A stretch of 63,450 nt of DNA, filler included, from a candidate division NPL-UPA2 bacterium Unc8 (GTDB lineage: Bacteria > NPL-UPA2): the NCBI GenBank assembly GCA_003574845.1. It is 4 parts of 4 records of this genome, joined end to end, with 100 filler letters (N's around TTAATTAATTAA, not from the genome) between each part and the next. Parts side by side here need not be neighbours in the genome. Positions count along the whole stretch, not along the records: positions 1 to 20,499 come from NDHY01000014.1; 3 more parts are not named here. One strand, written 5' to 3'. Positions 9,430-18,091 of the stretch are shown piece by piece. Position 1 is the first letter of the stretch; each line of letters starts with the position of its first letter. The translations under genes were made by a program, and so were the position numbers. The notes under the pieces were generated by a model. It was not told the origin of the DNA, did no database searches, and worked only from the letters and a program-made list of their open reading frames with translations.

Positions 9430-10851
9430 TTAAGGTAATACCAATCCTTTTTTAACCTCGGGGTCGGTTTCCTCCCATAACTTTTTGTATTCCCGATAAA
9501 AGAAATTCCAGCGGGAAGGATTTATATCTTTACAGACAGGAATAAACTCCTCAAATGTTGATTTCCAGCGAGCCTTTTGTTTCTTTTTGTTCTTTGAGTT
9601 AAGATGTCTGAGAGAATCAAGTCTATCGGCCAGTTTTATCATCTTTGTCGACTCACCACCACTTTTTATCTTTTGAAGATAAACATCCATACTCTTGATT
9701 TCCCTGTCCTCTTTGGTTAAATTCCAGACCAGCGAAGCCACCCTTTTGCCAAAATCCTTCTCTATCTTTTCCCGGGTAGCTACCGTCCCTTTTATCTCTA
9801 AGGTATCATGGAGTAGAGCGGCGGCAATAATGTCCGGCTCGCTGACCTTAAGTTCCCCTGCCAGAATAATCGCCGTTCTCAGCGGGTGAACAATATGAGT
9901 ATTCCTGGCATACAGGAGAGCATTTTTTATTTTACCCTCCTCTTTTTTTCTTTTAATCTCTTTCGGTAAAAGCAGAAAGGCGGCCTGGAGGGCCCTTCCA
10001 TCATCAATATCAGGAAAGGCGGCAAAGTCCTTTTCATAGGAGAAGATAACTTCCGATTGTTCTTTAAATTCTTTATTGAACAAAGATGCTCTCCTTTTGT
10101 GCAGCCGGTTGCTTGTTAGCGCTTGCAGGCGGGTTAAATTCCTGTCTTTAAGTTTCTGGCTGTTCATCTTCTGGATAAGTACATCCAGATCACGGATATC
10201 GCCCATTACCTGCTGCAGAGCATGCATATTATTTAACCTAACTTCGGTAATCCAGGGGAAGACGGGCTGGAGAATTTCGGATGTATAGCGGAGTTTTTTT
10301 AAAGAGATTCTCATGCGGTGGAAGGCATTAATGTTTCCACCCTCGGCGTCTTCTCCAGGGGAGAAGAAATTCTTAAAAAGAGTAGCCAGGACAATTTTTG
10401 TCTGATACTCCAGATCCGTATCGGCAAGGGGGATGAGGATTTTTTTAATATCCAGCCTTTTTAAAAAATCCAGCGAAAAAGACTCAACCGCACAGCGGAC
10501 ATCTCCCTCTCCCTGTTCAATGCCTTTATTTAATTTATTCAGGAATAACCTAACGAATTGGTTCTTCCTCCGGAAAATATTGTTTATGATCTCCACCTCT
10601 ACATGAATGTCTCGCAACTCTCCCATGGGGTTCATAATGGTCTTTGGTTTTTGGTAGAGCGATTTTTTTACCTTTGTCCGGGGAAGCAGGCGCAAGAGCG
10701 AGAATACCGCCCGGAGCCTTCTTATGGAAACTCTCAAGTCGTGAAGAGTATCGGCATTTATCTCCTTTTTTGCTCTCTCAAGTTCCTTCTTAAATCCGGC
10801 CTCCCTTTTCCAAAAGGATTCCTCTATAACCTTCAAGCTCCCATTTACCAT
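9430..10851 (-). CDS. CHAD domain fused to a RelA/SpoT-hydrolase-like (Mesh1-like) HD domain
   Basis: CHAD motifs LHDLRVSIRRLR, MGELRDIHV, FHRMRISLKKLRYTSE, LQQVMGDIRDLDV; HD part HPLRTA...AALLHDTLE...IKLADRLDSLR. Confidence 0.85.
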   Translation of the reverse strand: MVNGSLKVIEESFWKREAGFKKELERAKKEINADTLHDLRVSIRRLRAVFSLLRLLPRTKVKKSLYQKPKTIMNPMGELRDIHVEVEIINNIFRRKNQFVRLFLNKLNKGIEQGEGDVRCAVESFSLDFLKRLDIKKILIPLADTDLEYQTKIVLATLFKNFFSPGEDAEGGNINAFHRMRISLKKLRYTSEILQPVFPWITEVRLNNMHALQQVMGDIRDLDVLIQKMNSQKLKDRNLTRLQALTSNRLHKRRASLFNKEFKEQSEVIFSYEKDFAAFPDIDDGRALQAAFLLLPKEIKRKKEEGKIKNALLYARNTHIVHPLRTAIILAGELKVSEPDIIAAALLHDTLEIKGTVATREKIEKDFGKRVASLVWNLTKEDREIKSMDVYLQKIKSGGESTKMIKLADRLDSLRHLNSKNKKKQKARWKSTFEEFIPVCKDINPSRWNFFYREYKKLWEETDPEVKKGLVLP

Positions 10852-11171
10852 TTCTCCATTATCCTCCGGAGGTTAGATATAAGTGCCGTCATTTTTTTTA
10901 TATCCCTGAACCTTCCCTTCTCTGGTTGGACCTTAAGGCTCCTCAAGCTTCTTTGCATAATACGGATATCCTTAAGCCAGTCTTCCTCTTCGGCTGATTC
11001 GCGCTCTGAGATGGCCAGGACAATAGATTCAATCTGAGCCTGTCTCTTAATCAGATGGGCGGAGACCGTTTCTTCCATTAAAGAGCGCAGATATTTCAAT
11101 TCCGATTGGACGGAAGCGGCGACTTTAGGCAGCTCGCTTACCCGGGGTTTCTTATCCCTTGCCGTTGGCAA
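10845..11171 (-). CDS. Hypothetical basic alpha-helical protein in the putative polyphosphate cluster
   Basis: Overlaps both neighbouring genes (translational coupling); no motif recognised. Confidence 0.7.
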   Translation of the reverse strand: MPTARDKKPRVSELPKVAASVQSELKYLRSLMEETVSAHLIKRQAQIESIVLAISERESAEEEDWLKDIRIMQRSLRSLKVQPEKGRFRDIKKMTALISNLRRIMEKW

Positions 11172-11856
11172 TATAATCCTCTATATGCAGCTTCAGTTCA
11201 TCGGACACGCGGCGACTGGAGCGGTTGGCATTAATGGTGATAAAATTATATTTTGCTGCCATCTTGGAATACTCTTGCTGCATTAATCGTTGATATTTCC
11301 TAAAACTGGTAAATATTTCGGACGAGACCCTCATGTCCATTCCGGATTCCCACCAGTCAAAATAGGTTTGTTTTCGCAGGTTTCTTTCAGTTAAAATATT
11401 GAGGCTTACCCTGAGATGGAAGACGAGGTCGGGAACAAGAGCGACCTCACATATATTTTCTACCCATTCGGGGAGAAGACCGCGAACGGTACTGCGGGCG
11501 ATAAGAGTATAGATATATCTATCGGCAAGTATAACGCATCCGGCTTTCAAATTAGGGATAATAATATTTTCTAACTGGTCAAAGAAATCGGTAATATAAA
11601 AAAGGGTGGAGGTTCGTTCGTCAAGAGTATTCCCTTTCTTTGCCTGCTCTATTTCCCGACCGAGAAGAATGGAGCGTCTTAATCCTACATTTACGGTGGA
11701 ATATCCCTTTGCTTCCAGCCAATCGGTCAGGATTCTAATATAGGTGGAGCGTCCCGAACCATCCGGGCCCTCAATAACGAAAAGGTACCCTTTCAGGTCT
11801 TCTGTCTTCACTCCCGGGAGAGATTTCCCGAAAAATTCAAAAGGTTTTTTTCTCAT
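11152..11856 (-). CDS. Thymidylate kinase-like protein with altered P-loop (putative regulatory subunit of a heteromeric polyphosphate kinase)
   Basis: IEGPDGSGRST (K to R), ILADRYIYT, WESGMDM; ATGA overlap with its paralogue. Confidence 0.8.
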   Translation of the reverse strand: MRKKPFEFFGKSLPGVKTEDLKGYLFVIEGPDGSGRSTYIRILTDWLEAKGYSTVNVGLRRSILLGREIEQAKKGNTLDERTSTLFYITDFFDQLENIIIPNLKAGCVILADRYIYTLIARSTVRGLLPEWVENICEVALVPDLVFHLRVSLNILTERNLRKQTYFDWWESGMDMRVSSEIFTSFRKYQRLMQQEYSKMAAKYNFITINANRSSRRVSDELKLHIEDYIANGKG

Positions 11857-12533
11857 CTTTTACTTCTCTGGCGAAAAGAAGGAAGGTCAATTTTTTCTTT
11901 GACGACCTTTCTTGCCATTTCCTGTTGTTCATTTATGGGTAAAGAAGCATCAATTATTTCAAAGTCATTCTCTCCGACAATCCTCTCATATTCCTGAAAT
12001 ATCCTCTCCTGAAAAAGTCCAAAACTTTCCTCTATGTCATCGGATAGCCCCATATCCATCCCGGCTTCAAAATATTTCAGTTTTGTCCTTCCGCTCAGAA
12101 TTCTCCTGACTGCTGTTTTCAGAGGAATACGGCAGTAGAACGAAATATGAGGCTTAATAGCGAAAGAATAAAGATTTCTCACCCATTCCCGGTCACATCC
12201 TCTAACCACATCACGGGCAAAAGCAGTGTAGACATATCTATCACAGATGACTACGAAGCCGGCCTGCAGGAGCGGATAAATCTCCCGCACATATCGGGTA
12301 GTAAAATCTGCAGAGTGAACAAGACTGAAGGTGGTGGGAGTCAGAAGCCTTTTCTTCTTTCCTCTCCTGGTGGCACTTTTTACCATTGGAGATGAGTTCC
12401 ATTCACTTAAGAAAACCTTGATTTTTTGTGATTCCAGGAACCGCTTGAGTAAGAAGTTTTGGGTGGACTTGCCGGCTCCATCCAATCCCTCAAAGACAAT
12501 CAACCTTCCTTTTATACTTTTATTATCCTGCAT
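11853..12533 (-). CDS. Thymidylate kinase-like protein with intact P-loop (putative catalytic subunit)
   Basis: FEGLDGAGKSTQ, SEWNSS, VICDRYVYTAFARD, YFEAGMDMG. Confidence 0.85.
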   Translation of the reverse strand: MQDNKSIKGRLIVFEGLDGAGKSTQNFLLKRFLESQKIKVFLSEWNSSPMVKSATRRGKKKRLLTPTTFSLVHSADFTTRYVREIYPLLQAGFVVICDRYVYTAFARDVVRGCDREWVRNLYSFAIKPHISFYCRIPLKTAVRRILSGRTKLKYFEAGMDMGLSDDIEESFGLFQERIFQEYERIVGENDFEIIDASLPINEQQEMARKVVKEKIDLPSFRQRSKR

Positions 12534-12594
12534 CAAGATATCCTGCTAATGGCATGGGTTACTGAGCTTTTACTCTTATTATACCACACTAATG

Positions 12595-15500
12595 TTACGA
12601 TTTTATGACAATCACTTTAATGTTAAGCTCTCTGCCATCAGTAGTAAGGGTAACAGCTCCTGACTTAGCCGTTGAGTATGTTACTATACCCATTTTTGCA
12701 TATCTGGCAAGAGTGGCCTCTTTTGCGTTAACAGGAAAAAACTCCGCGCAGGGCGACCAGCCATACTGATTGATGGCAAAAGCAGGAGATATGGCAGTAA
12801 TAAATTCCTCTACCTGTTTTTCAGGATTGCCATGAACTGGAATAAGCATCACATCGCCTAAAAGTTTATCAGGATATTTTCCTGTCAATCTCTTTTGCGC
12901 GGCAACGCCTACCTGAGCAGGTAGAATAATAACTTTTTCTCCATAACTGATTCTTAAAACAAGAGAGAAGCTATCCAGACCTCTAACTGTGCTGGGAACA
13001 AGCGCCTCAATTTTCAATCCATCCTCTGCATAAAGAAGCCTGCTTTTTCTAATTGTCTTTATCTGAAGCGGGGCATCCTCAAGAAGCTCTATCAAAGCCA
13101 TATATTCAGTATAAATTTTCTGCGGATGAGGCATAAACGGATTGCTCAACAGCCGCCAGTCATCAAGGAGAATAAGGAATTCTTCATAAGAGAGCTCTGC
13201 CCTTAACATTTCTTCCTTTACCGGCAATACTACTCTTTTGACAGGAATATGCTCTACTACATAAGCAAGCCCACCGATGTTTCCCGGCCTTAAAGAAGTA
13301 ATAATAATATAATCTAATTGACTAATCCGGTAATGTGAGAGAGTTTCTCTTATCGTCTCGCCAAAACTCCACTCTTCTTTTCGTGGGCCGCCATCAATGA
13401 GAATACTTTTTCCTTCCGGAGTAGATACGAGCATCGCATTTCCAAAACCAGCATCAAAAAATACTATCTTTAATAGTGGTTTTCTCGCCATTAAGTAGGC
13501 TGCTGCTCCAACAGTTATAAAAAGAGAAATGACGACGAGCATCGCAAGCAGCTTCCTTCTCTGCCAAAACTTTCTTTTGACCTCCAGGATTTTCTGGAAA
13601 ATCTCTTTATGAAAAATAAAGGAGAAAATTAAGCCATACCAAAAGATAAGCTTTCCTGTCCCATAAGCGCCCACATAGGGAAAGGGAATAAAATCATGCC
13701 AGGTTCTGGCAAGCCCTAAAAAACCCTGACATAGAACAGTGTTAAACCCATTTATAGCCATAGCAAAACCATTGCCAATAAATCCCAATCCAATAACAGA
13801 AAATAAGATTTCTCCCAGCCCTGCCACCCAACCAAGCATTACAATCGCCCCAAGAAGCGGTATCGCTAAAATATTGGCATATAAGCCAGCGATGGGAAAC
13901 CGCAGGAAAAACACTGCTGAGAGCGGCCAGAGCATACCCAATTGAATAGCAAGCTGTGCAAAGCAAAAACGCAGTAAGTAGCGCCCCCGCTTGCGTGAGA
14001 AGAGCTCTATCATTAAATCTCTTCCTGTCCATCGCAGACAGATAAAAAAGGTAGCAATGCTCGCTGCTCCAAGAAGAAGGGTGGCTGTTAAAAACTGCGA
14101 CTGGTGGAGCCAGCTATGCCCGGGAAAATGAATCCAGGCTGGAAACCAATCAAGAAGAGGTGGAATTTTCTCCACTGCCGGCAAGATTCCTCTTACAACA
14201 CTCAGGTGTTGAACTATTCCGCTCAGTGAAAAAAGATTCATCCCTACCAATATTCCAATTAATGGAAAACCGATAAACCCGCGAATGCCAGTTCCCTTCA
14301 TCATAACTACTTTCTCAATCGGCGGAGTGATATAAGCCAGGGAGAGAACGGCGGCGAAGGAAAGAACAAAGGAGACATCGGTAAGCCATAATGGATTAGT
14401 AAAAAGAACGACAACCGCGGAAAGAAAAATAGTTATTCCCACTGAAGTCACAAGAGGCACTCTTAATATATCATAAAGCAGCATTCCTAAGGAAAACATC
14501 AGTGCTGCTCGCTGGGTAGCTGGCGAAGCGCCGGAGAGAAAGACAAAAATCAGTAACCCGAAGCTGACCAACAAAAATCTCATACTCCTCGGAAGATGCA
14601 AAAGACGAGCTGCTCCCATGAGAAGAAGAGCAATGAATCCGGTATGAAGCCCTGAAAGAGCAAGGACATGAGCTATACCAACGGCACGAAATCGTTCTCT
14701 TATTTCACCTGAGAGTCCTCCTCGCATTCCAAGGGTCACCGCCGCCAGGAAAGCGCTTTCCGGATAGGGAACAGTGCGCTCAATAGTTTCAAAGATGCGA
14801 TGGCGTAGCCTCAGGGATAATTTTATTAGTGAGTTCACATCACCTTCACCAAGAAAACACAACTGCTCCGGCTCTCTGATACGGCTGGTAACAGCATAAA
14901 CATTTCTTACTCTCAAGTAACGAGCAAAATCAAAGCCGGCAGGGTTCCTTCGCCCCCGGGGAGGATGCAGGAAGGAAATTACCTCCACACGGTCACCGAA
15001 GGACATTTTCTCATAATACTCTCCAATAGTGGGATAGACTCTTGCTTGAATATAGCCCGTTCTTCCTCTCAGGATTTTTTTCTTATCCTGATAACACTCA
15101 TAGCGAAGAATTTCCATATGCGGGCAAGGATAGTATCTTGCCAAACCTCTTTCTATAAGTTGTGAATTCAAGAGTCTTCCATCAAGCTCCACCACTGCCA
15201 GTATCCTTCCAAACTTATCCAGTGGACGGTTCTCCTCTACGTAGAGAGTAACTTTGCGATGAAGGACCATTGAGCGAGTAAAGCTGATAGCTTCTTTTGC
15301 TCCTTTCTCGCCTAAATCAGGTGCATCCACTCCTAATAATCTCACCACTTTTCCTTCATAAGTAAAGAGAGTATCCCCATCAAAAACACCGATTATCTTC
15401 TGGGTTATTACCTTATGAGGAACTTTTAAATCTAATTTTAAATAGGCATCCGGCTGCGGATGTGGAACAATTTTCTCCGGCTTTATGGTAAGAATACTGA

Positions 15501-15864
15501 ACTCTTCCCTTCTGTCGGGGTCGCGGACAACCGTTCCCAGAATAAGCACCTCTTCTCTATCATTAAGAAAATTAGTAATGTGATAAGGCGAAGAAGTATC
15601 AGTTGCCTGAGCGTGCCTCGCCATTCCCAGGAAAAGCAGGAATAAACAGAAAAATATCAGTGCCTGAGGATAAGGCTTCTCTGTGAGGATAGCTCTCACT
15701 CCGATGATAATAAACAGGATTGCCACTACCCGGAGAGCTACTGAGAAAGACGGGGGGAAGAGAATCCATCCCGAGAGGATAGTGGAGAGAGTAACTCCAG
15801 CAATAAAAGAAGCGCAAAGTGGAATGATGCCACTCTGCCTTGGTAGGAGGGGGGAGTCGGTCAC
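12595..15864 (-). CDS. comEC: ComEC/Rec2 competence protein with inserted thermonuclease domain and degenerate MBL domain
   Basis: RNPAGFDFARYL, GIAHVLALSGLH, SPATQRAALM, SFVLSFAAV, FFDAGFGNAMLV...LIDGG. Confidence 0.9.
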   Translation of the reverse strand: MTDSPLLPRQSGIIPLCASFIAGVTLSTILSGWILFPPSFSVALRVVAILFIIIGVRAILTEKPYPQALIFFCLFLLFLGMARHAQATDTSSPYHITNFLNDREEVLILGTVVRDPDRREEFSILTIKPEKIVPHPQPDAYLKLDLKVPHKVITQKIIGVFDGDTLFTYEGKVVRLLGVDAPDLGEKGAKEAISFTRSMVLHRKVTLYVEENRPLDKFGRILAVVELDGRLLNSQLIERGLARYYPCPHMEILRYECYQDKKKILRGRTGYIQARVYPTIGEYYEKMSFGDRVEVISFLHPPRGRRNPAGFDFARYLRVRNVYAVTSRIREPEQLCFLGEGDVNSLIKLSLRLRHRIFETIERTVPYPESAFLAAVTLGMRGGLSGEIRERFRAVGIAHVLALSGLHTGFIALLLMGAARLLHLPRSMRFLLVSFGLLIFVFLSGASPATQRAALMFSLGMLLYDILRVPLVTSVGITIFLSAVVVLFTNPLWLTDVSFVLSFAAVLSLAYITPPIEKVVMMKGTGIRGFIGFPLIGILVGMNLFSLSGIVQHLSVVRGILPAVEKIPPLLDWFPAWIHFPGHSWLHQSQFLTATLLLGAASIATFFICLRWTGRDLMIELFSRKRGRYLLRFCFAQLAIQLGMLWPLSAVFFLRFPIAGLYANILAIPLLGAIVMLGWVAGLGEILFSVIGLGFIGNGFAMAINGFNTVLCQGFLGLARTWHDFIPFPYVGAYGTGKLIFWYGLIFSFIFHKEIFQKILEVKRKFWQRRKLLAMLVVISLFITVGAAAYLMARKPLLKIVFFDAGFGNAMLVSTPEGKSILIDGGPRKEEWSFGETIRETLSHYRISQLDYIIITSLRPGNIGGLAYVVEHIPVKRVVLPVKEEMLRAELSYEEFLILLDDWRLLSNPFMPHPQKIYTEYMALIELLEDAPLQIKTIRKSRLLYAEDGLKIEALVPSTVRGLDSFSLVLRISYGEKVIILPAQVGVAAQKRLTGKYPDKLLGDVMLIPVHGNPEKQVEEFITAISPAFAINQYGWSPCAEFFPVNAKEATLARYAKMGIVTYSTAKSGAVTLTTDGRELNIKVIVIKS

Positions 15865-16469
15865 GGAATTAGTTTCCCTGATTCATAGTTTTCTATGAGC
15901 GCTTTCTCTATGCTCCGACGAAGTGTCCGGTCAAGGATTTCCACCTGCCGCTGCCATCCCCTTTCTCCTTCCTGTGGTGGGCGGGCAGGCCAGCTAATCC
16001 AGACTGTGCCATCAGCTCTTTCTACTATCCTGCCATTAATTCTCAGTGCATCATTGAAGGTTATGGAAAAATGGGCTCTTGTCCTGGAGTGCCCCGTAAA
16101 TTCAGCAAGCCTGGTTATCTCCCAGCGAAGCTTCCCGGGGCGTTTATCTGAAGACTCGCCACTTTCCACTGCTCTTATTATCTCCTTTTGTAACTCCTCT
16201 TTTAAAACCTCAAGGCAAGGGTAGTACGAGCCTCTGCGAGAGATGTAGGCGGGAAATTTTATTATTGTGCGGCCGGCAAACTCTCCTATTATCTCTATCT
16301 CTCTTACTTGGATCCGGTCATTGAGAATAATTTCAAGCATTTCTTTTCCATTAACTGTCTCTATGTTTAGCTCAGTAACAATGATTCTATCTATCTCCCT
16401 GGAAAAGACAGACAAAAAGCCCGTGATTACAAAGAGCAAAACAATTGTCAACAATCTCTTCTTAAACAT
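15861..16469 (-). CDS. Exported protein with two SpoVG-like domains
   Basis: Signal peptide MFKKRLLTIVLLFVITGFLSVFS; IILNDRIQVREIEI..IKFPAY and WEITRL..AHFSITFND..VWISWPAR..LRRSIEKALIENY both resemble SpoVG. Confidence 0.7.
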   Translation of the reverse strand: MFKKRLLTIVLLFVITGFLSVFSREIDRIIVTELNIETVNGKEMLEIILNDRIQVREIEIIGEFAGRTIIKFPAYISRRGSYYPCLEVLKEELQKEIIRAVESGESSDKRPGKLRWEITRLAEFTGHSRTRAHFSITFNDALRINGRIVERADGTVWISWPARPPQEGERGWQRQVEILDRTLRRSIEKALIENYESGKLIP

Positions 16470-16512
16470 TACTCCTCCTTTACTTTAGTGTAACCATTTA
16501 CTCTGTCAACTG

Positions 16513-16722
16513 CTACTTTTTCAACAGCTTATCTTGCAAGCCTTTTATCTCCTTACGAAGTCTTTTCTCACTCCTAATGTCCGGACTGAACTTTACAATT
16601 AAGTGCATCCCTTCATAAGCCTTGAATCCAAACTTTTCAACCGGCACTATTAATTTCCCCATCCCCTCAAACACCACTACCGCTAATTTATCATCCTCTA
16701 TCCTGTCAATTATAGCTTTCAT
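16513..16722 (-). CDS. DUF3006 family protein
   Basis: MKAIIDRIED..AVV..EG..; 69 aa; usual neighbour of ComEC-like MBL genes; GGAGG RBS. Confidence 0.8.
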   Translation of the reverse strand: MKAIIDRIEDDKLAVVVFEGMGKLIVPVEKFGFKAYEGMHLIVKFSPDIRSEKRLRKEIKGLQDKLLKK

Positions 16723-16769
16723 TCCTCCTCCCTAACAGCCTTCAGCCTAACTGAATAATTACAATATCT

Positions 16770-17657
16770 TCATCTCACGGTCTTTATTCTTATATTCTTT
16801 CCATCACTAACGATGGTAATATTTCCGCTCTGATGGGTATGGTAAACATCTGCTCCGCTTTCTTTCCATCTCTTCTCGGTCTCTGGGGTGGGATGACCAA
16901 ATGGCCATCCTCCAGAACCGCTGGTTATAGCATGAGAGGCTCTTACTAAGGTGATAAAATTCCGGCAGTTTGAAGTATTAGAGCCATGGTGAGGAACCTG
17001 AACGACATCGGCTCTTATCCGCGGGCCGTACTCATTGATGAGTCTATTAATGGCGTCTTTCTCAATATCCCCTGTAAAAAGAAACCTAATTTTGCCATAA
17101 ATTAACATTATGGTTATTGAATTCTCGTTGACGCACTTCCATAAGCTGTCTGGAGGAGGAGAGAGGACCTGAACAAAAACATCCGGACCCCAGTCGAGGA
17201 TATTTCCATCCCTCACAATTCGATAAGATATTTCCCGGGACTTAATTAATTCAAGAAAAGATTTATAAGTAGGAGTGGGATGAATCATGCCAGGGTCCAG
17301 CACTTCTCCTACTTCAAACTCGCTCTCGTTCAATATGCAAATGAAACCTCCTACTCCAGCATCATACAATATCACTTTTCCCGAAGGAATCTGAATAAGA
17401 TGAGCCAGGCCCTGACCAACATCAAAGTAAGTGATGGTCAACTCACGAGGCGGTTGACATGTGTCCTCTCTTACCCCTGTCGGAGTACAGGGAAAGACTT
17501 CCTCGAAGGAAGTATAAAGCGCCTGGCGCCACTGACCATTGAATACCAAGCTCCAGATAGAGGAAGCAAGTAAAAGCAAAACAATGGCTAAAGAGAAGAA
17601 TCTATTGGAACAATTAATATGAAAAAAGTCATTCGAAGTCGTCCAGAACATAATCAT
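16770..17657 (-). CDS. ComEC-type MBL-fold hydrolase lacking the HxHxDH segment (possibly pseudogenising; start uncertain)
   Basis: YFDVGQG, LYDAG, NENSI, FLFTGDIE, QVPHHGS, FGHP. Confidence 0.75.
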   Translation of the reverse strand: MIMFWTTSNDFFHINCSNRFFSLAIVLLLLASSIWSLVFNGQWRQALYTSFEEVFPCTPTGVREDTCQPPRELTITYFDVGQGLAHLIQIPSGKVILYDAGVGGFICILNESEFEVGEVLDPGMIHPTPTYKSFLELIKSREISYRIVRDGNILDWGPDVFVQVLSPPPDSLWKCVNENSITIMLIYGKIRFLFTGDIEKDAINRLINEYGPRIRADVVQVPHHGSNTSNCRNFITLVRASHAITSGSGGWPFGHPTPETEKRWKESGADVYHTHQSGNITIVSDGKNIRIKTVR

Positions 17658-18057
17658 CTAATCCCTTACCGGTTACAGTGATGCGGTCCTTTATCTTCTC
17701 AAAGGTCTTGGGTCCAATTCCATGGACCCTTGTAATATCTTCAATCCTGGCATAGGGTCGACTGGCGATAATTTTCTCGGCCCTCTTGGGTCCGATAAAG
17801 GGTAGCTTCTGCAGTTCCTCTGAAGAGGCGGTATTGATATTTATCTTCAGGGCCAGTCTGAGCCTCTCTCTCTCCTGGGCATCCAGTCTCTCAATGGGAA
17901 CCCTTGGAGTTGCCACTAATGGCCGGGATGGCTCTTCAATAACCGACTTCTTCATCTCCTGAAGGGCAAATAGAGGATACTCCTGTGATATCCGATAGCC
18001 CAGAACTGCACCTCCAGAGATAACAGTCAAGCACAGGAAAATAATTAAGAATTTCAT
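17629..18057 (-). CDS. comEA: ComEA-like helix-hairpin-helix DNA-binding protein with N-terminal anchor
   Basis: KININTASSEELQKLPFIGPKRAEKII...VHGIGPKTFEKIKDRIT. Confidence 0.88.
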   Translation of the reverse strand: MKFLIIFLCLTVISGGAVLGYRISQEYPLFALQEMKKSVIEEPSRPLVATPRVPIERLDAQERERLRLALKININTASSEELQKLPFIGPKRAEKIIASRPYARIEDITRVHGIGPKTFEKIKDRITVTGKGLDDYVLDDFE

Positions 18058-18091
18058 ATACTCACCTTCACCTGGTCTCCGAGCAGCCGTC

